This document shows, piece by piece, positions 20,358 to 29,912 of a stretch of 34,337 nucleotides of DNA; within the stretch, counting starts at the first letter, position 1; each line of letters begins with the position of its first letter. The notes beneath the pieces are model-generated. The model searched no databases. It worked only from the letters and a program-made list of their open reading frames with translations, and had not been told where the DNA came from. A program made the translations under genes and the position numbers. Location of the stretch: the NCBI GenBank assembly GCA_032718475.1, contig JAUCBJ010006794.1:1-34337 (forward strand), given 5' to 3'. Origin of the DNA: Nemertoderma westbladi (Eukaryota > Animalia > Xenacoelomorpha).

Positions 20358-21612
20358 CGGTTAAATCAGCCTCAACGACCAACATCTCTACCTGGCTGGA
20401 GCGCCACATCCCCAACCTCCGGTTTATTAGCCGTCGTATGTCTGCGGCCTTGGTTACCTTCGGATCGCGGTGTAGGATGAGGGAGTCGGCTAGTAGTAGT
20501 CTCTCGGAGCGAGCGTTGGTCGCATTATGGTTCAGACCGGAAACAAAGGCCTTGGCCTCTGCGTCCAAGAGCGAGACTACATCCCGCCCTATAGCACCTC
20601 CGGGCAGTCGATATTTAGACCCTTTTAGTTGGGTTATCCGTCGCCATTGATCCATTAGCCCATCTGGTGGGGTCCCTTTGCCCACAAGTGTGGCGCCAAA
20701 TGCTCTTAACATGAGTTCGTCTGGGTCCGCGTGGAGCCCATAATTCTGTGATGCAATATTACATGGGGGCCAGGACTTAGATAGTGGGCTAGGAAAGGCG
20801 GCGCCTGTCGTGGACGCTGTGGACGAGGAGGCAACTGTTGGGGTCGCTGTAATCGAGGCGGCGCCAGTTCGGGGCGCTGTAGACGAGGAGGCGCCTTTCG
20901 AGGGCACTGTAGACAAGGCGGCGGCTGTCGGGGGCGCAGTAGACGAGGCGGCGCCTGTCGGGGGCGCTGTAGCCAAGGTGGCGCCCGCCGGTTGCGCTGT
21001 AGACGTGGCGGCGCCTGTCGGGGGCGCAGTAGACGAGGCGGCGCCTGTCGGGGGCGCTGTAGCCGAGGTGGCGCCCGCCGGTGGCGCTGTAGACGTGGCG
21101 GCGCCTGTCGGGGGCGCTGTAGCTGAGGCGGCGCCTGTCGGGGGCGCGGTAGACGAGGCGGCGCCTGTCAGGGGCGCTGTATCCGAGGCATCGCCGGTCG
21201 GGGGCGCTGTAGACGAGGATGCACTTGTTGGCGGCGCTGTAGACAGTTCGGCGCCATTCAACTCCTCTGTGGATCCCACGACCTCGGTCACCCCAGCATC
21301 AGGCGCCGTGATGTCGGGTTGATCGGCCCCGTTTGGACCGAGAGTATTGTCTAGATCCGTTAGGGTTTCATCTGGAGAGGTAACATTCAGATCCAACGGT
21401 TGCGAGGAAGATATGCGTGCAGGCGCCACCTGACAGTCAACTGTTGACAACGCTGACGCTGTCGGCTGAGAACAGGATTGACCGGTTCCGAAGGGGTTTT
21501 CGCACCACCCTGTTGTCCCCGGACCACACTTTTCGCAGGCCCGCTTGGTGTGAGCGCAAACGCATTTCTTGCATTTGCCAGTCAAGTTATTGCACCCACA
21601 ACACCTCCCCAT
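20338..21612 (-). CDS. N-terminal part of CRE-like polyprotein (CXC-like Cys cluster, Ala/Pro/Thr repeats)
   Basis: MGRCCGCNNLTGKCKKCVC...CEKC...WCEN, then the repeat tract, then YRLPGGAIGR...LILHRDPKVTKAADIRRLINRRLGMW. It joins the REL ORF out of frame at about 20340-20365. Confidence 0.75.
   Translation of the reverse strand: MGRCCGCNNLTGKCKKCVCAHTKRACEKCGPGTTGWCENPFGTGQSCSQPTASALSTVDCQVAPARISSSQPLDLNVTSPDETLTDLDNTLGPNGADQPDITAPDAGVTEVVGSTEELNGAELSTAPPTSASSSTAPPTGDASDTAPLTGAASSTAPPTGAASATAPPTGAATSTAPPAGATSATAPPTGAASSTAPPTGAATSTAQPAGATLATAPPTGAASSTAPPTAAALSTVPSKGASSSTAPRTGAASITATPTVASSSTASTTGAAFPSPLSKSWPPCNIASQNYGLHADPDELMLRAFGATLVGKGTPPDGLMDQWRRITQLKGSKYRLPGGAIGRDVVSLLDAEAKAFVSGLNHNATNARSERLLLADSLILHRDPKVTKAADIRRLINRRLGMWRSSQVEMLVVEADLTVEAVYW
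20796..21245. repeat. 30-bp coding minisatellite (about 15 units; TAPPTGAASS on the minus strand)
   Basis: Repeated gtagacgaggcggcgcctgtcgggggcgct units. Confidence 0.9.
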
Positions 21613-22212
21613 TTCGAAAACCCAAAAACCAAAAAACCAAAACCGCAGCCAAGAATCCTAATATTGGCGCCAAGGTGTCTGCTATCTGTCAGCCTCAGTC
21701 CGTCAGTACAGCAGTGCTACACATAACACTGCTTGGGTTTACCACGGTTAGTCGGTTCTGTAGTAGTTTGCACATTGGAACTGCCATTGGAATTGCCATT
21801 ATTATACTGCTATCTACTGTTGTCATTATTTTGTGTCAGTTGGACAGTTGACAGGTTACATATAGCGATTGCGACTTATATTATCGTGGTTTGTAGTGAA
21901 TTTAATGCTATTTGATAGGCACTACATGAGTCAATTGCTGTTCTCTTTATGTATGATAAAATTCATTGACGGTCGGCAGATTAGTGAGCAGTATTGTGTG
22001 GTACCGGTAGTGTGTATGATTGTGGCTGATAACTAAGCATTTCCTAAAGAATGCGCCTCATACGTGAATCATAAGCCTTACCTTCTTACCGTTGTGTTTA
22101 GTATAAGTCATATCTCTGTTTACCTAGATAGAGCGCCACGTCCTAAAGGAACTGTTAATATTTCCCGAAAGTGAATAATATTAGTCAGAAATTATTTATT
22201 AACGATCAATCG

Positions 22213-22435
22213 AATAATACAGTAAGCTTACACTGCAATAATAATCTAAGCCCTCAGAATCCAGTCTCCCGGGTATATCCAGCGGGTGAATGGACGCGCA
22301 CTAGACTGGCTTCGGCTAATGTTGTGTTTATTGGTATTAAATACTTGTCATATGTTAAAGTCTATTTATAAACCAAAAGACATATAAATTTTGGCAGGTT
22401 AAACTGCTAAAGGTCTTCAAAAGCGCGTACAGTTA
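22213..22435. repeat. Dispersed repeat, copy 2 of 1-221
   Basis: Same motifs as 1-221 in the same orientation. Confidence 0.75.
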
Positions 22436-23262
22436 CGTCTCTTTTTCCCAATAAACTTGGTTGCTTGACTCTTGGGGCGGGTTTGCTGTGAGGTACTGGT
22501 TGTTTTGATGGTGGCTCTGAGAGAGAGGTGGTGGCATGGTACCTTGCAGACACCGAGGCATTATCCTGATTACTTTGGCCATATATATCATTTATTGTTG
22601 TGCGCCATTCTATATGTATTTATATTATTTATATTATTTACACAACTTCTCTACTAAACGGGTGGATGTAACCTCGCCCATCGGATTTATCGACCTCAAA
22701 AACCCTTATCCCCAAAAAATTTATTTGTTATATGATAAACTATTGTGGTTTTCAAACTAAAACAAATAAATAAATTACACCTAAAATCAATAGAGCAATC
22801 ATAATTTAAGTTTGTGAAAAATCTTCACTAACATTAATGGAAATTATGAAATTTCCTTGCAGTGGAATTGTATAATTTTTTTACAACAGTTAGCTTAATA
22901 TATCGTGAAGTTTTTGATATATTTAAAAATTGGATGCGACTTCTAGTTTCCAAGATATAACAATTAATGTGTAACACGGCAGTGTAAATATTACTAATTT
23001 CCCATTGAATCACAGCTTATTGTGAAATTAATTAATTTATTCTGGAACATCACTAATTTGCTGCTTACTTTTCCCTACTGTTCCTTTTGTTTGGCTTGTG
23101 TTATACAAATTTACGCAGAATTTCCATGAATAAACATATGATACGCAAAATAAAATTTGGTAGACTTTTTTTTGGTCATTAATAAGGTAATATAGAATCC
23201 AAAATGTGTGGTTCGGATTGATTGCGAAATACTTATGGGTTTTTTGCTGGATTGACTCGACT

Positions 23263-23428
23263 ACTACCGAGTCAAGGTCAAAAGAAAATAAATATAGCTA
23301 GCTAGCAATAATAAATAATAATATATTATATAATATAATACATTAGGGCATTCTAGAAAAAATTAAATTTCATGTGATGTGATTTACATTTTGTCTTTGG
23401 ACTTTGACTCGGTAGTGTGAACGTGGCC
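23263..23428. mobile_element. Small PIF/Harbinger-like MITE remnant
   Basis: Inverted arms actaccgagtcaaggtc / gactttgactcggtagt. Right end gtgtgaacgtggcc followed by TTA (Harbinger-type GGCC..GTTCACAC terminus). The left terminus is not preserved. Confidence 0.45.
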
Positions 23429-23436
23429 TTACAAAG

Positions 23437-23888
23437 TGTTACAGCCGGTCTCGTTTACCTTAACTTATTGTGCTATATCTTATTGTGCTATATGTTATTC
23501 CACCTACCGGTCATTTCACAAACTGAATATATTATTAGCCAATAGAAATTAGCCACCTTTATGTTTGGTATATATACTTATCTGTGTGTGTCATTATGTA
23601 CTTCGGTTGTATAAACTCATTCGGCATTCTGTTCTTTGTTAGTTATAATTCATTAGGCCTAGGTCTAGGTATTCATGTCTTCATCGTATGTAATGTAATA
23701 TTATTGTTTAGACCTACCTGCATCTGGAGACACATATGTAACTCGTAACACTGTAACAAGTAACCATTAAATGTAACATAAGTAACTTCATTATTATACT
23801 TTCCGATTTTCTCAACTATATTGCGGCGAATGTATGACAGGCCGACTTTTCTCGCTCACCCGGCTCTAAACGCAGTTCCGTCATTTCA
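23437..23888 (+). repeat. 5' LTR
   Basis: tgttacagcc...gtcatttca; I found no differences from 31107-31558. Confidence 0.95.
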
Positions 23889-23906
23889 TGGTGCGGTGAC
23901 CCGGGA
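23889..23906 (+). promoter_or_regulatory. Primer-binding site (tRNA-His-like)
   Basis: TGGTGCGGTGACCCGGGA directly after the LTR; close to the complement of the tRNA-His 3' end (TGGTGCCGTGAC...). Confidence 0.75.
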
Positions 23907-24060
23907 ACGGTAAGTTCTAGTTTAATACGTCTTTGTCTGCTATCCCGGTACCGGTATCCAGTCAGCATCAACAGCTACCGTTAGAAAGGAAATCTCAGTC
24001 CAGTAGCTATCGACTACCTACATTAAACCTAACCTATCCTGATTTACTGTTGTAATTTGC

Positions 24061-27000
24061 GTGATGACTACCCCTGTGACTGGTGCCGTTGGCGTGGATA
24101 CTGCCAACGCCCTGGTCTTCGATGACACCGGTAGTGTCTCGGGTGGTGGTCACGGTTCTACAGCATCGTATAGGTCCTTGGGTACCGGTACGGGAGGTGC
24201 GGGTGGTGCGCTACCCGAAGCAGACAATACGATAATCGAGACGCGTGGCGTTATTGGAGCCGGTGGAATTTCTTCTGGTGGCATTGTGGAGGGTCCGGGT
24301 TTAGTTGAGGATGACGAAGACGACGAGGAACCCCAACTAATTGATCCCATTGTCGCTAAAAGAAATCGAGCAGCTCGGAAATGCGCTTTTACTAAGTTGT
24401 TCAACCGAATTACCGAACTTGTACATAGTAAAGGAAGCCGGTCCGCGCTTAGGTCACTCCTATACGAGTTGGAAGAACGGGCTGTCGAATGTTTCGCAGC
24501 CCACAAATCTTACGTCAACTGCATTGCAGATGATGTAGACGCCGACATCGCAGCTGACCGATGGTTATCATCGCTGAAAGATGCACACCAGCGGTGCGTG
24601 GAGTCTGTAGAATTCTATTTAAATTCTCGTCATGGAGAACCTTCCTCTGTGGCTACCAGTCGAGTTCCTTCTCGTTTAGGATCGAAACCTGCTAACAGTA
24701 ATGCTTCTAAGTTGTCATTGGCGGCTCAACAGGAGGAATTGCTACAGGAACGTGAACTACAATTAGCTCAGTTTCGGCGCGATAGAGATCTACGAGCAAA
24801 GAAACGGGAACAGCAAAGACAGAATGAAGAACTTAAAGAGTCTCTACAACTCCGTTCATTGTATAACTGTGTGGAACGTTCTCGCCTTTCTGTCAACCTG
24901 GAACAGAAAAGAGCTGTCCAGGAGGGACGGATGGATCTCGAGCAGAGACTTTTAGATTTCGATTGTGGCGTTCCTACATTGGCTGGTGGCGTTCAAGTAC
25001 CAGCCAGTGGCGTTCCTACATTGGCTGGTGGCGTTCAAATACCAGCCAGTGGCGTTCCTGCATTGGCTGGTGGCGTTCAAATACCAGCCAGTGGCGTTCC
25101 TACATTGGCTGGTGGCGTTCAAATACCAGCCAGTGGCGTTCATATATCAGCTGGTAGCATTCCTATATCAGCTGGTGCCGTTCTAACACCAGCTGGTGGC
25201 GTTCCTATACCAACTGGTGGCGTACCTATACCAACTGGTGGCGTACCTATGACAGCTGGTGGCGTTCATATACCAGTTAGTGGCGTTCCTATACCGGTTG
25301 GCGGTGTTCCTATACCAGCTGATGGCGTTCCTATTCTCGCTGGTAGCGTTCCTCACCCAGTTGGTGGCGTTGCTACTAGCAGTGTCTCTACACCAGCTAT
25401 AGGAGAATCCGTTCCGTTTTCTAAGCAACATCTGTTTGTTCCTAGCTCGACGGATCCTATGTCCATTCTCGGTCAGCCTTTTCCAGATTTACATGTGTGC
25501 AATAACAATGTTAACAATCCATATACCCCTGTTAATAATTATTTTTCTGGTGCTAATAATTCTCATTATAATAGTCTTTATGATAATCATGTGTATAATA
25601 GTGAATGTGTCTCCAGTCAGGATCTACAGAGTCGTATAGGTTGTTTACCAGTAAATACTAATTGTGCAATTAATTATTCTCGCCCATCCTCTTATGGTAC
25701 ACATTCTGTTATTAAGCCCACCACTTGGGCTACAAGTTGTCCCGTTTTTGTACCAAACTGTCACACTACGTGTACCATTGTTAATGCGTCAACACCTCAG
25801 TGTAATTCTATTGGAGGGTTGGCCATGGGTGTGTGTGATAGACCCCCTGGGCCTACTGTTAGTGCGTGTAGGGTTGCATCCCAGGTAGGTGGGTTATTTA
25901 ACGGGCCGGCTGTAGATGTACCAGTCTATACTGGTACATCCGAAATTTATAATTCTAACTCACGAAATCCTCAATCCTCAGCAGATGTTTGGATTGACGA
26001 TTTAAATAACACAGGAGTTAACAATTCTTTTACTAATAATTGTTTTAATAACTTTCCATACCAAGGACCCATAGGTTTCCAACATTTAGCCAACTTAAAA
26101 ATTGAACCATTTGATGGTTCTCCCTTGAAGTGGCATGGTTTTATTGCCTCTTTTCATGCCCTCGTTCACACTCAGGTTTCATCTGATTCTATTCGTTTAG
26201 CAATTCTTAGAAATCATTTGACACCTGATATCAGAGAGAGTGTAGCTTCTACTATTAACGACCCTGATTTATATCGGGAAACATTACAAGAATTACGCCG
26301 TATTTATGGTGACTGTGACTTAATAGCTGTGGCATACATAGAGCAGCTACGAAAAATTCCGTTTGTTAAGGCTAATGATATGAATTCTTTAAAGTCATTT
26401 TCCTTAAAACTTCATGGTTCGGTATCAGCCCTGGAGAAATGTGGATACACTGCCGATATTACATCAGCTAATAATGTAAGGGATTTAGTTCAAAAACTTC
26501 CCAATTATTTGCAAAATGAATGGGGCAAACGGGTTATTCTTATAAAACCTCGGCGCCCAACCTTAAAGGTGCTAGACAGTTGGATCACTGAGAGACTGCA
26601 AAGTGCTCGTGTAGTAGAAAGTACATTACGGGCCAGTAATAATAGTTATACCGGTAACCAAGGCTTGTCCAATAACAAAATTCAAAAATTTCAAAATAAA
26701 CCGCAATTTAACAGGCCTAAATCCAGTGCTCCAACTGTTTTTACACCTACTATTATGGCTACTGCCAGCATTAAAGTTAATTTTTCTGAAACACAGTCAA
26801 ATAAGTATCAGAAATCGTCTAGTTCCGACTCGAGCTCACTTACTAAAGGTATGTCGGCTACTGCTTCTGTGGCTGAACACTGTCATTGTTGCGGCCAGTC
26901 CCATTTTCTTGAAAATTGTAACAATTTTAAATCATTAAGCCTAGCTGACCGCATTGAGTTAGCCCGGGACAAATCCATGTGTTTTGTATGTCTCAAAGCA

Positions 27001-27675
27001 AAGCACCGCGCTGCAAATTGTAAAATCGTAGACCCTTGTAATTTCGATGGTTGTAAAAAACGCCATCACGTTTTATTACATGGAGCACCTAAGGTTTTTG
27101 GTGCTAAATCTTCTTCCCAAAATAAACAACACATAGGGACTACCTCACTGAGAACATCCCCTAGCACTGTAGCATTACAGATTGTACCACTGCGGGTACG
27201 TTCTGCAGGTAAAACTGTTGAAACTTTTGCTTTGTTAGATCCCTGTAGCCAGATCTCTGCGGTTTGTGAAGATCTAGCTAACAAACTGGATCTTAAGGGT
27301 GAGCAAAAACCATTGAGAATCGGCACTATTAATTCAGATGGAGAAACTGTAAAATCCTTATTAAGCTCCATTGATGTTCTACCTGTAAATAGTGAGTCTG
27401 TATTTCCTGTCCCACGGACTTGGGTTTTATCCAAGTTAAATATCGCAAATCAGCGTTTTGATTGGCCCAAGATTAAATCTTCCTGGAATCATTTATCTGA
27501 TCTAGATCTTCCAGCTGTAGATTCAAATAAAGTAGGCGTCCTGTTGGGTGCTGATGTCTTTGATGTAATTCGTCAACTCGATTATCGTCCTGGCCCTTCT
27601 GGCTCCCCTTCGGCAGTTTTGACTAATTTTGGGTGGACTTGTACTTTCTACCGTACCTCTTCATCCCCTTTCTGA
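24061..27675 (+). CDS. gag: BEL/Pao gag and aspartic protease
   Basis: FDGSPLKWHGF..F capsid-like motif; three BEL-type knuckles CHCCGQSHFLENC, CFVCLKAKHRAANC, CNFDGCKKRHHVLLH; protease ALLDPCSQ, VLLGAD, TNFGW. Confidence 0.9.
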   Translation: MMTTPVTGAVGVDTANALVFDDTGSVSGGGHGSTASYRSLGTGTGGAGGALPEADNTIIETRGVIGAGGISSGGIVEGPGLVEDDEDDEEPQLIDPIVAKRNRAARKCAFTKLFNRITELVHSKGSRSALRSLLYELEERAVECFAAHKSYVNCIADDVDADIAADRWLSSLKDAHQRCVESVEFYLNSRHGEPSSVATSRVPSRLGSKPANSNASKLSLAAQQEELLQERELQLAQFRRDRDLRAKKREQQRQNEELKESLQLRSLYNCVERSRLSVNLEQKRAVQEGRMDLEQRLLDFDCGVPTLAGGVQVPASGVPTLAGGVQIPASGVPALAGGVQIPASGVPTLAGGVQIPASGVHISAGSIPISAGAVLTPAGGVPIPTGGVPIPTGGVPMTAGGVHIPVSGVPIPVGGVPIPADGVPILAGSVPHPVGGVATSSVSTPAIGESVPFSKQHLFVPSSTDPMSILGQPFPDLHVCNNNVNNPYTPVNNYFSGANNSHYNSLYDNHVYNSECVSSQDLQSRIGCLPVNTNCAINYSRPSSYGTHSVIKPTTWATSCPVFVPNCHTTCTIVNASTPQCNSIGGLAMGVCDRPPGPTVSACRVASQVGGLFNGPAVDVPVYTGTSEIYNSNSRNPQSSADVWIDDLNNTGVNNSFTNNCFNNFPYQGPIGFQHLANLKIEPFDGSPLKWHGFIASFHALVHTQVSSDSIRLAILRNHLTPDIRESVASTINDPDLYRETLQELRRIYGDCDLIAVAYIEQLRKIPFVKANDMNSLKSFSLKLHGSVSALEKCGYTADITSANNVRDLVQKLPNYLQNEWGKRVILIKPRRPTLKVLDSWITERLQSARVVESTLRASNNSYTGNQGLSNNKIQKFQNKPQFNRPKSSAPTVFTPTIMATASIKVNFSETQSNKYQKSSSSDSSSLTKGMSATASVAEHCHCCGQSHFLENCNNFKSLSLADRIELARDKSMCFVCLKAKHRAANCKIVDPCNFDGCKKRHHVLLHGAPKVFGAKSSSQNKQHIGTTSLRTSPSTVALQIVPLRVRSAGKTVETFALLDPCSQISAVCEDLANKLDLKGEQKPLRIGTINSDGETVKSLLSSIDVLPVNSESVFPVPRTWVLSKLNIANQRFDWPKIKSSWNHLSDLDLPAVDSNKVGVLLGADVFDVIRQLDYRPGPSGSPSAVLTNFGWTCTFYRTSSSPF
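24967..25372 (+). repeat. 21-bp/42-bp coding tandem repeat in gag (GGVPIPA-like)
   Basis: Four near-perfect GVPTLAGGVQIPAS units followed by more diverged 7-aa units. Confidence 0.9.
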
Positions 27676-29833
27676 TGATGAATGCCAGCATATCATGCAT
27701 GTCCGTTATTTAGACTCCCGCCCAGGTGCTGATGCTTGTGCAGACATTGACTGTTCTTTAGAGACTTTACTTACACGATTCTGGAATACTGATTCATTCG
27801 GTGTTAATCCCTGTAAATCTTTGCCTATAAATCATGAGGAAGCTACTGCTCGTGATATGCTTGAGTCTAACACACGCCATACAGGTGAACGATATGAAAC
27901 CAGTTTACTTTGGAGATCCCCTACCATCCAATTGCCCAATAACAAACGAACAGCTATTAGGTGCCTTCAGGCTACTGAAAAACGTCTTAATCGTAATCCA
28001 ATTTTACATAAACGTTACCATGAAACCTTTCAAGGATACATAGATAAAGGTTTTGCCGTAAAGGTTGACATTGATGAACCTGATCCACCTGGTAGAACAT
28101 GGTATCTCCCTCATCACCCAGTATTAAATCCGAACAAACCTGATAAGGTACGCATCGTTTTCAATGCTTCGGCTAAGGAGCATGGTGTTTCTCTAAATGA
28201 ATGCCTGCTTAAAGGACCTGATTATCTTGCCAGTCTTGTGGGTGTTTTACTTAGATTTAGAGAAAGATCGATTGCAATATCTGGAGATATCATTGCCATG
28301 TACCACCAAGTTGCTGTCAAACGCAAAGACCAGGATGCCTTGAGATTTCTTTGGGGTGGTCCAAGCCATGCTAAGCCTCCTGGGGTGTATCGTATGGTAC
28401 GAGAAATATTTGGGGCTATATCTTCATCATCATCCTGCTTCTTTGCACTTATTCGTACAGCACGAGATTTCTGTTTAGAATTTCCTTTACCGGCCTCTAA
28501 AGTCGAAATCTGTTTCTATGCAGATAATTATTTTGATTCTTGCGACACCACTGAGGAAACCATCACCCTTGTCAAGGGCATGGTAGAGCTCTTATCTAAG
28601 GGTGGGTTCCATCTAGGCCAATGGATATCTTCTTCCTATGAAGTTCTTTCAGTGATACCAAAGGGGGATCGAGCAGATCCCTTACTTGATTTAGATGTTG
28701 ATGAACTCCCTGTTGAACGTGCTTTAGGTGTCAAGTGGAACTGTTCAACTGACTGTTTTGTCTTCTACACTAAGATCATCGACCTTAGTCATACCATGAG
28801 AAATGTTCTAAGACAATCATCGTCATTATTTGATCCTTTAGGATTCTTGACACCATTCTTGCTTATTGTTAAGGTCCTAATGCAAGAGATGTGGAGGAGA
28901 CGTCTAGCATGGGATGATCCACTTCCTGATGATCTGGTAGTTCGATGGGAGCATTGGTTATCTGAGCTCCATCTTCTTGAAAATGTTCACATACCTCGTT
29001 GTTATTTTCCCAGATCGCCACAACTCCAGAACACTCAGTTACATGTTTTTGGTGATGCCTCTACTGTTGGCTTTGGTGCTGTGGCGTACCTTAGGGGTAG
29101 TTATTCTACCAGTGATATTAAGGTAGCCTTTGTTATGTCGAAGTCTCGTGTAGCCCCAGTCAAGGCTTTGTCGGTTCCACGCCTTGAGCTGCAAGGTGCA
29201 TTATTAGCAGTGAGGCTGTCTAAGTTAATTACAACCGAACTTAGAATCCATGTTGATACATTTATATATTGGTGTGATTCCACTACCGCTCTTCGATGGA
29301 TACTTTCTCGCAGGTGCAAATATAATGAGTTTGTAGCCAATCGTGTTGGAGAAATCCTCGATGTGTCAGATCGTGACCAGTGGCGCCATGTCCCTGGAAT
29401 TCTTAATCCTGCTGATCATTGTAGTCGAGGTCTTCTCTTGTCTGAACTCCAGTCTGACCATCCTTGTTTTCAAGGTCCAGATTATCTAAGATCCCCTGTA
29501 AATCAGTGGCCAGCCAGTTTAGCAATCCCTGATAACCCAGTTGAAGGTGATCCTGAAGTCAAGGCGGTATATGCTGTCCATGTTGCTGAATCCTTTACTT
29601 TCGAATTTGTATCAATGTTGTCATCCTTATCTAGAGCCCAACGTGTCCTTGCTTGGGTATTTAGGTTTGTCCAAAACTGTCGAAACAAGGTTCATCAGCA
29701 TTCTACTCTGAGTGTTTCAGAACTCAGGTATTCATTAAATTATATGATCAAGTCTGTACAAAATTCCTTTTACTCAATGAGATTGCCAATTTATCCAATG
29801 GGAACCCCGTTGGAAAAGATAGCTCTTTGTTGA
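27629..29833 (+). CDS. pol: BEL/Pao RT and RNase H (frameshifted relative to gag-PR)
   Basis: WYLPHHPV, RIVFNAS, LNECLLKGPD, DIIAMYHQV, YADN, DPLGFLTP, HVFGDAS, PRLELQGA, NPADHCSRG. Confidence 0.9.
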   Translation: MGGLVLSTVPLHPLSDDECQHIMHVRYLDSRPGADACADIDCSLETLLTRFWNTDSFGVNPCKSLPINHEEATARDMLESNTRHTGERYETSLLWRSPTIQLPNNKRTAIRCLQATEKRLNRNPILHKRYHETFQGYIDKGFAVKVDIDEPDPPGRTWYLPHHPVLNPNKPDKVRIVFNASAKEHGVSLNECLLKGPDYLASLVGVLLRFRERSIAISGDIIAMYHQVAVKRKDQDALRFLWGGPSHAKPPGVYRMVREIFGAISSSSSCFFALIRTARDFCLEFPLPASKVEICFYADNYFDSCDTTEETITLVKGMVELLSKGGFHLGQWISSSYEVLSVIPKGDRADPLLDLDVDELPVERALGVKWNCSTDCFVFYTKIIDLSHTMRNVLRQSSSLFDPLGFLTPFLLIVKVLMQEMWRRRLAWDDPLPDDLVVRWEHWLSELHLLENVHIPRCYFPRSPQLQNTQLHVFGDASTVGFGAVAYLRGSYSTSDIKVAFVMSKSRVAPVKALSVPRLELQGALLAVRLSKLITTELRIHVDTFIYWCDSTTALRWILSRRCKYNEFVANRVGEILDVSDRDQWRHVPGILNPADHCSRGLLLSELQSDHPCFQGPDYLRSPVNQWPASLAIPDNPVEGDPEVKAVYAVHVAESFTFEFVSMLSSLSRAQRVLAWVFRFVQNCRNKVHQHSTLSVSELRYSLNYMIKSVQNSFYSMRLPIYPMGTPLEKIALC

Positions 29834-29912
29834 CATTGCTTCCCGAGTTGGATGAAGATGGTTTACTCAGAGTTGGTGGCCGTATTTCGAAGTCTGACCT
29901 CCCTAATTCTGT

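Larger units (their letters stand above)
18890..21796 (-). mobile_element. CRE-clade-like non-LTR retrotransposon (restriction-like endonuclease), internally deleted and lacking RT
   Basis: Poly(A) tail seen as a T-run at 18889-18907. TSD CATTATTATAC(T) at 18878-18889 and 21797-21808. N-terminal Cys-rich ORF and C-terminal zinc-finger/REL ORF, with no YxDD-containing RT between them. Confidence 0.85.

Noticed and set aside
21613-21796. Self-cleaving ribozyme in the CRE 5' UTR
   Set aside because: Only a simple hairpin and a 12-bp tandem repeat are visible; no HDV-like or hammerhead core could be assigned by eye.
19147-21915. Plus-strand ORFs over the CRE element (e.g. 19648-20166, 20810-21322)
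   Set aside because: Antisense shadows of GC-rich coding sequence and the minisatellite.
28516-28530. YADN instead of YxDD in the RT of the full-length BEL as an inactivating mutation
   Set aside because: YxDN variants are common in BEL/Pao reverse transcriptases, so this is not evidence of inactivation.
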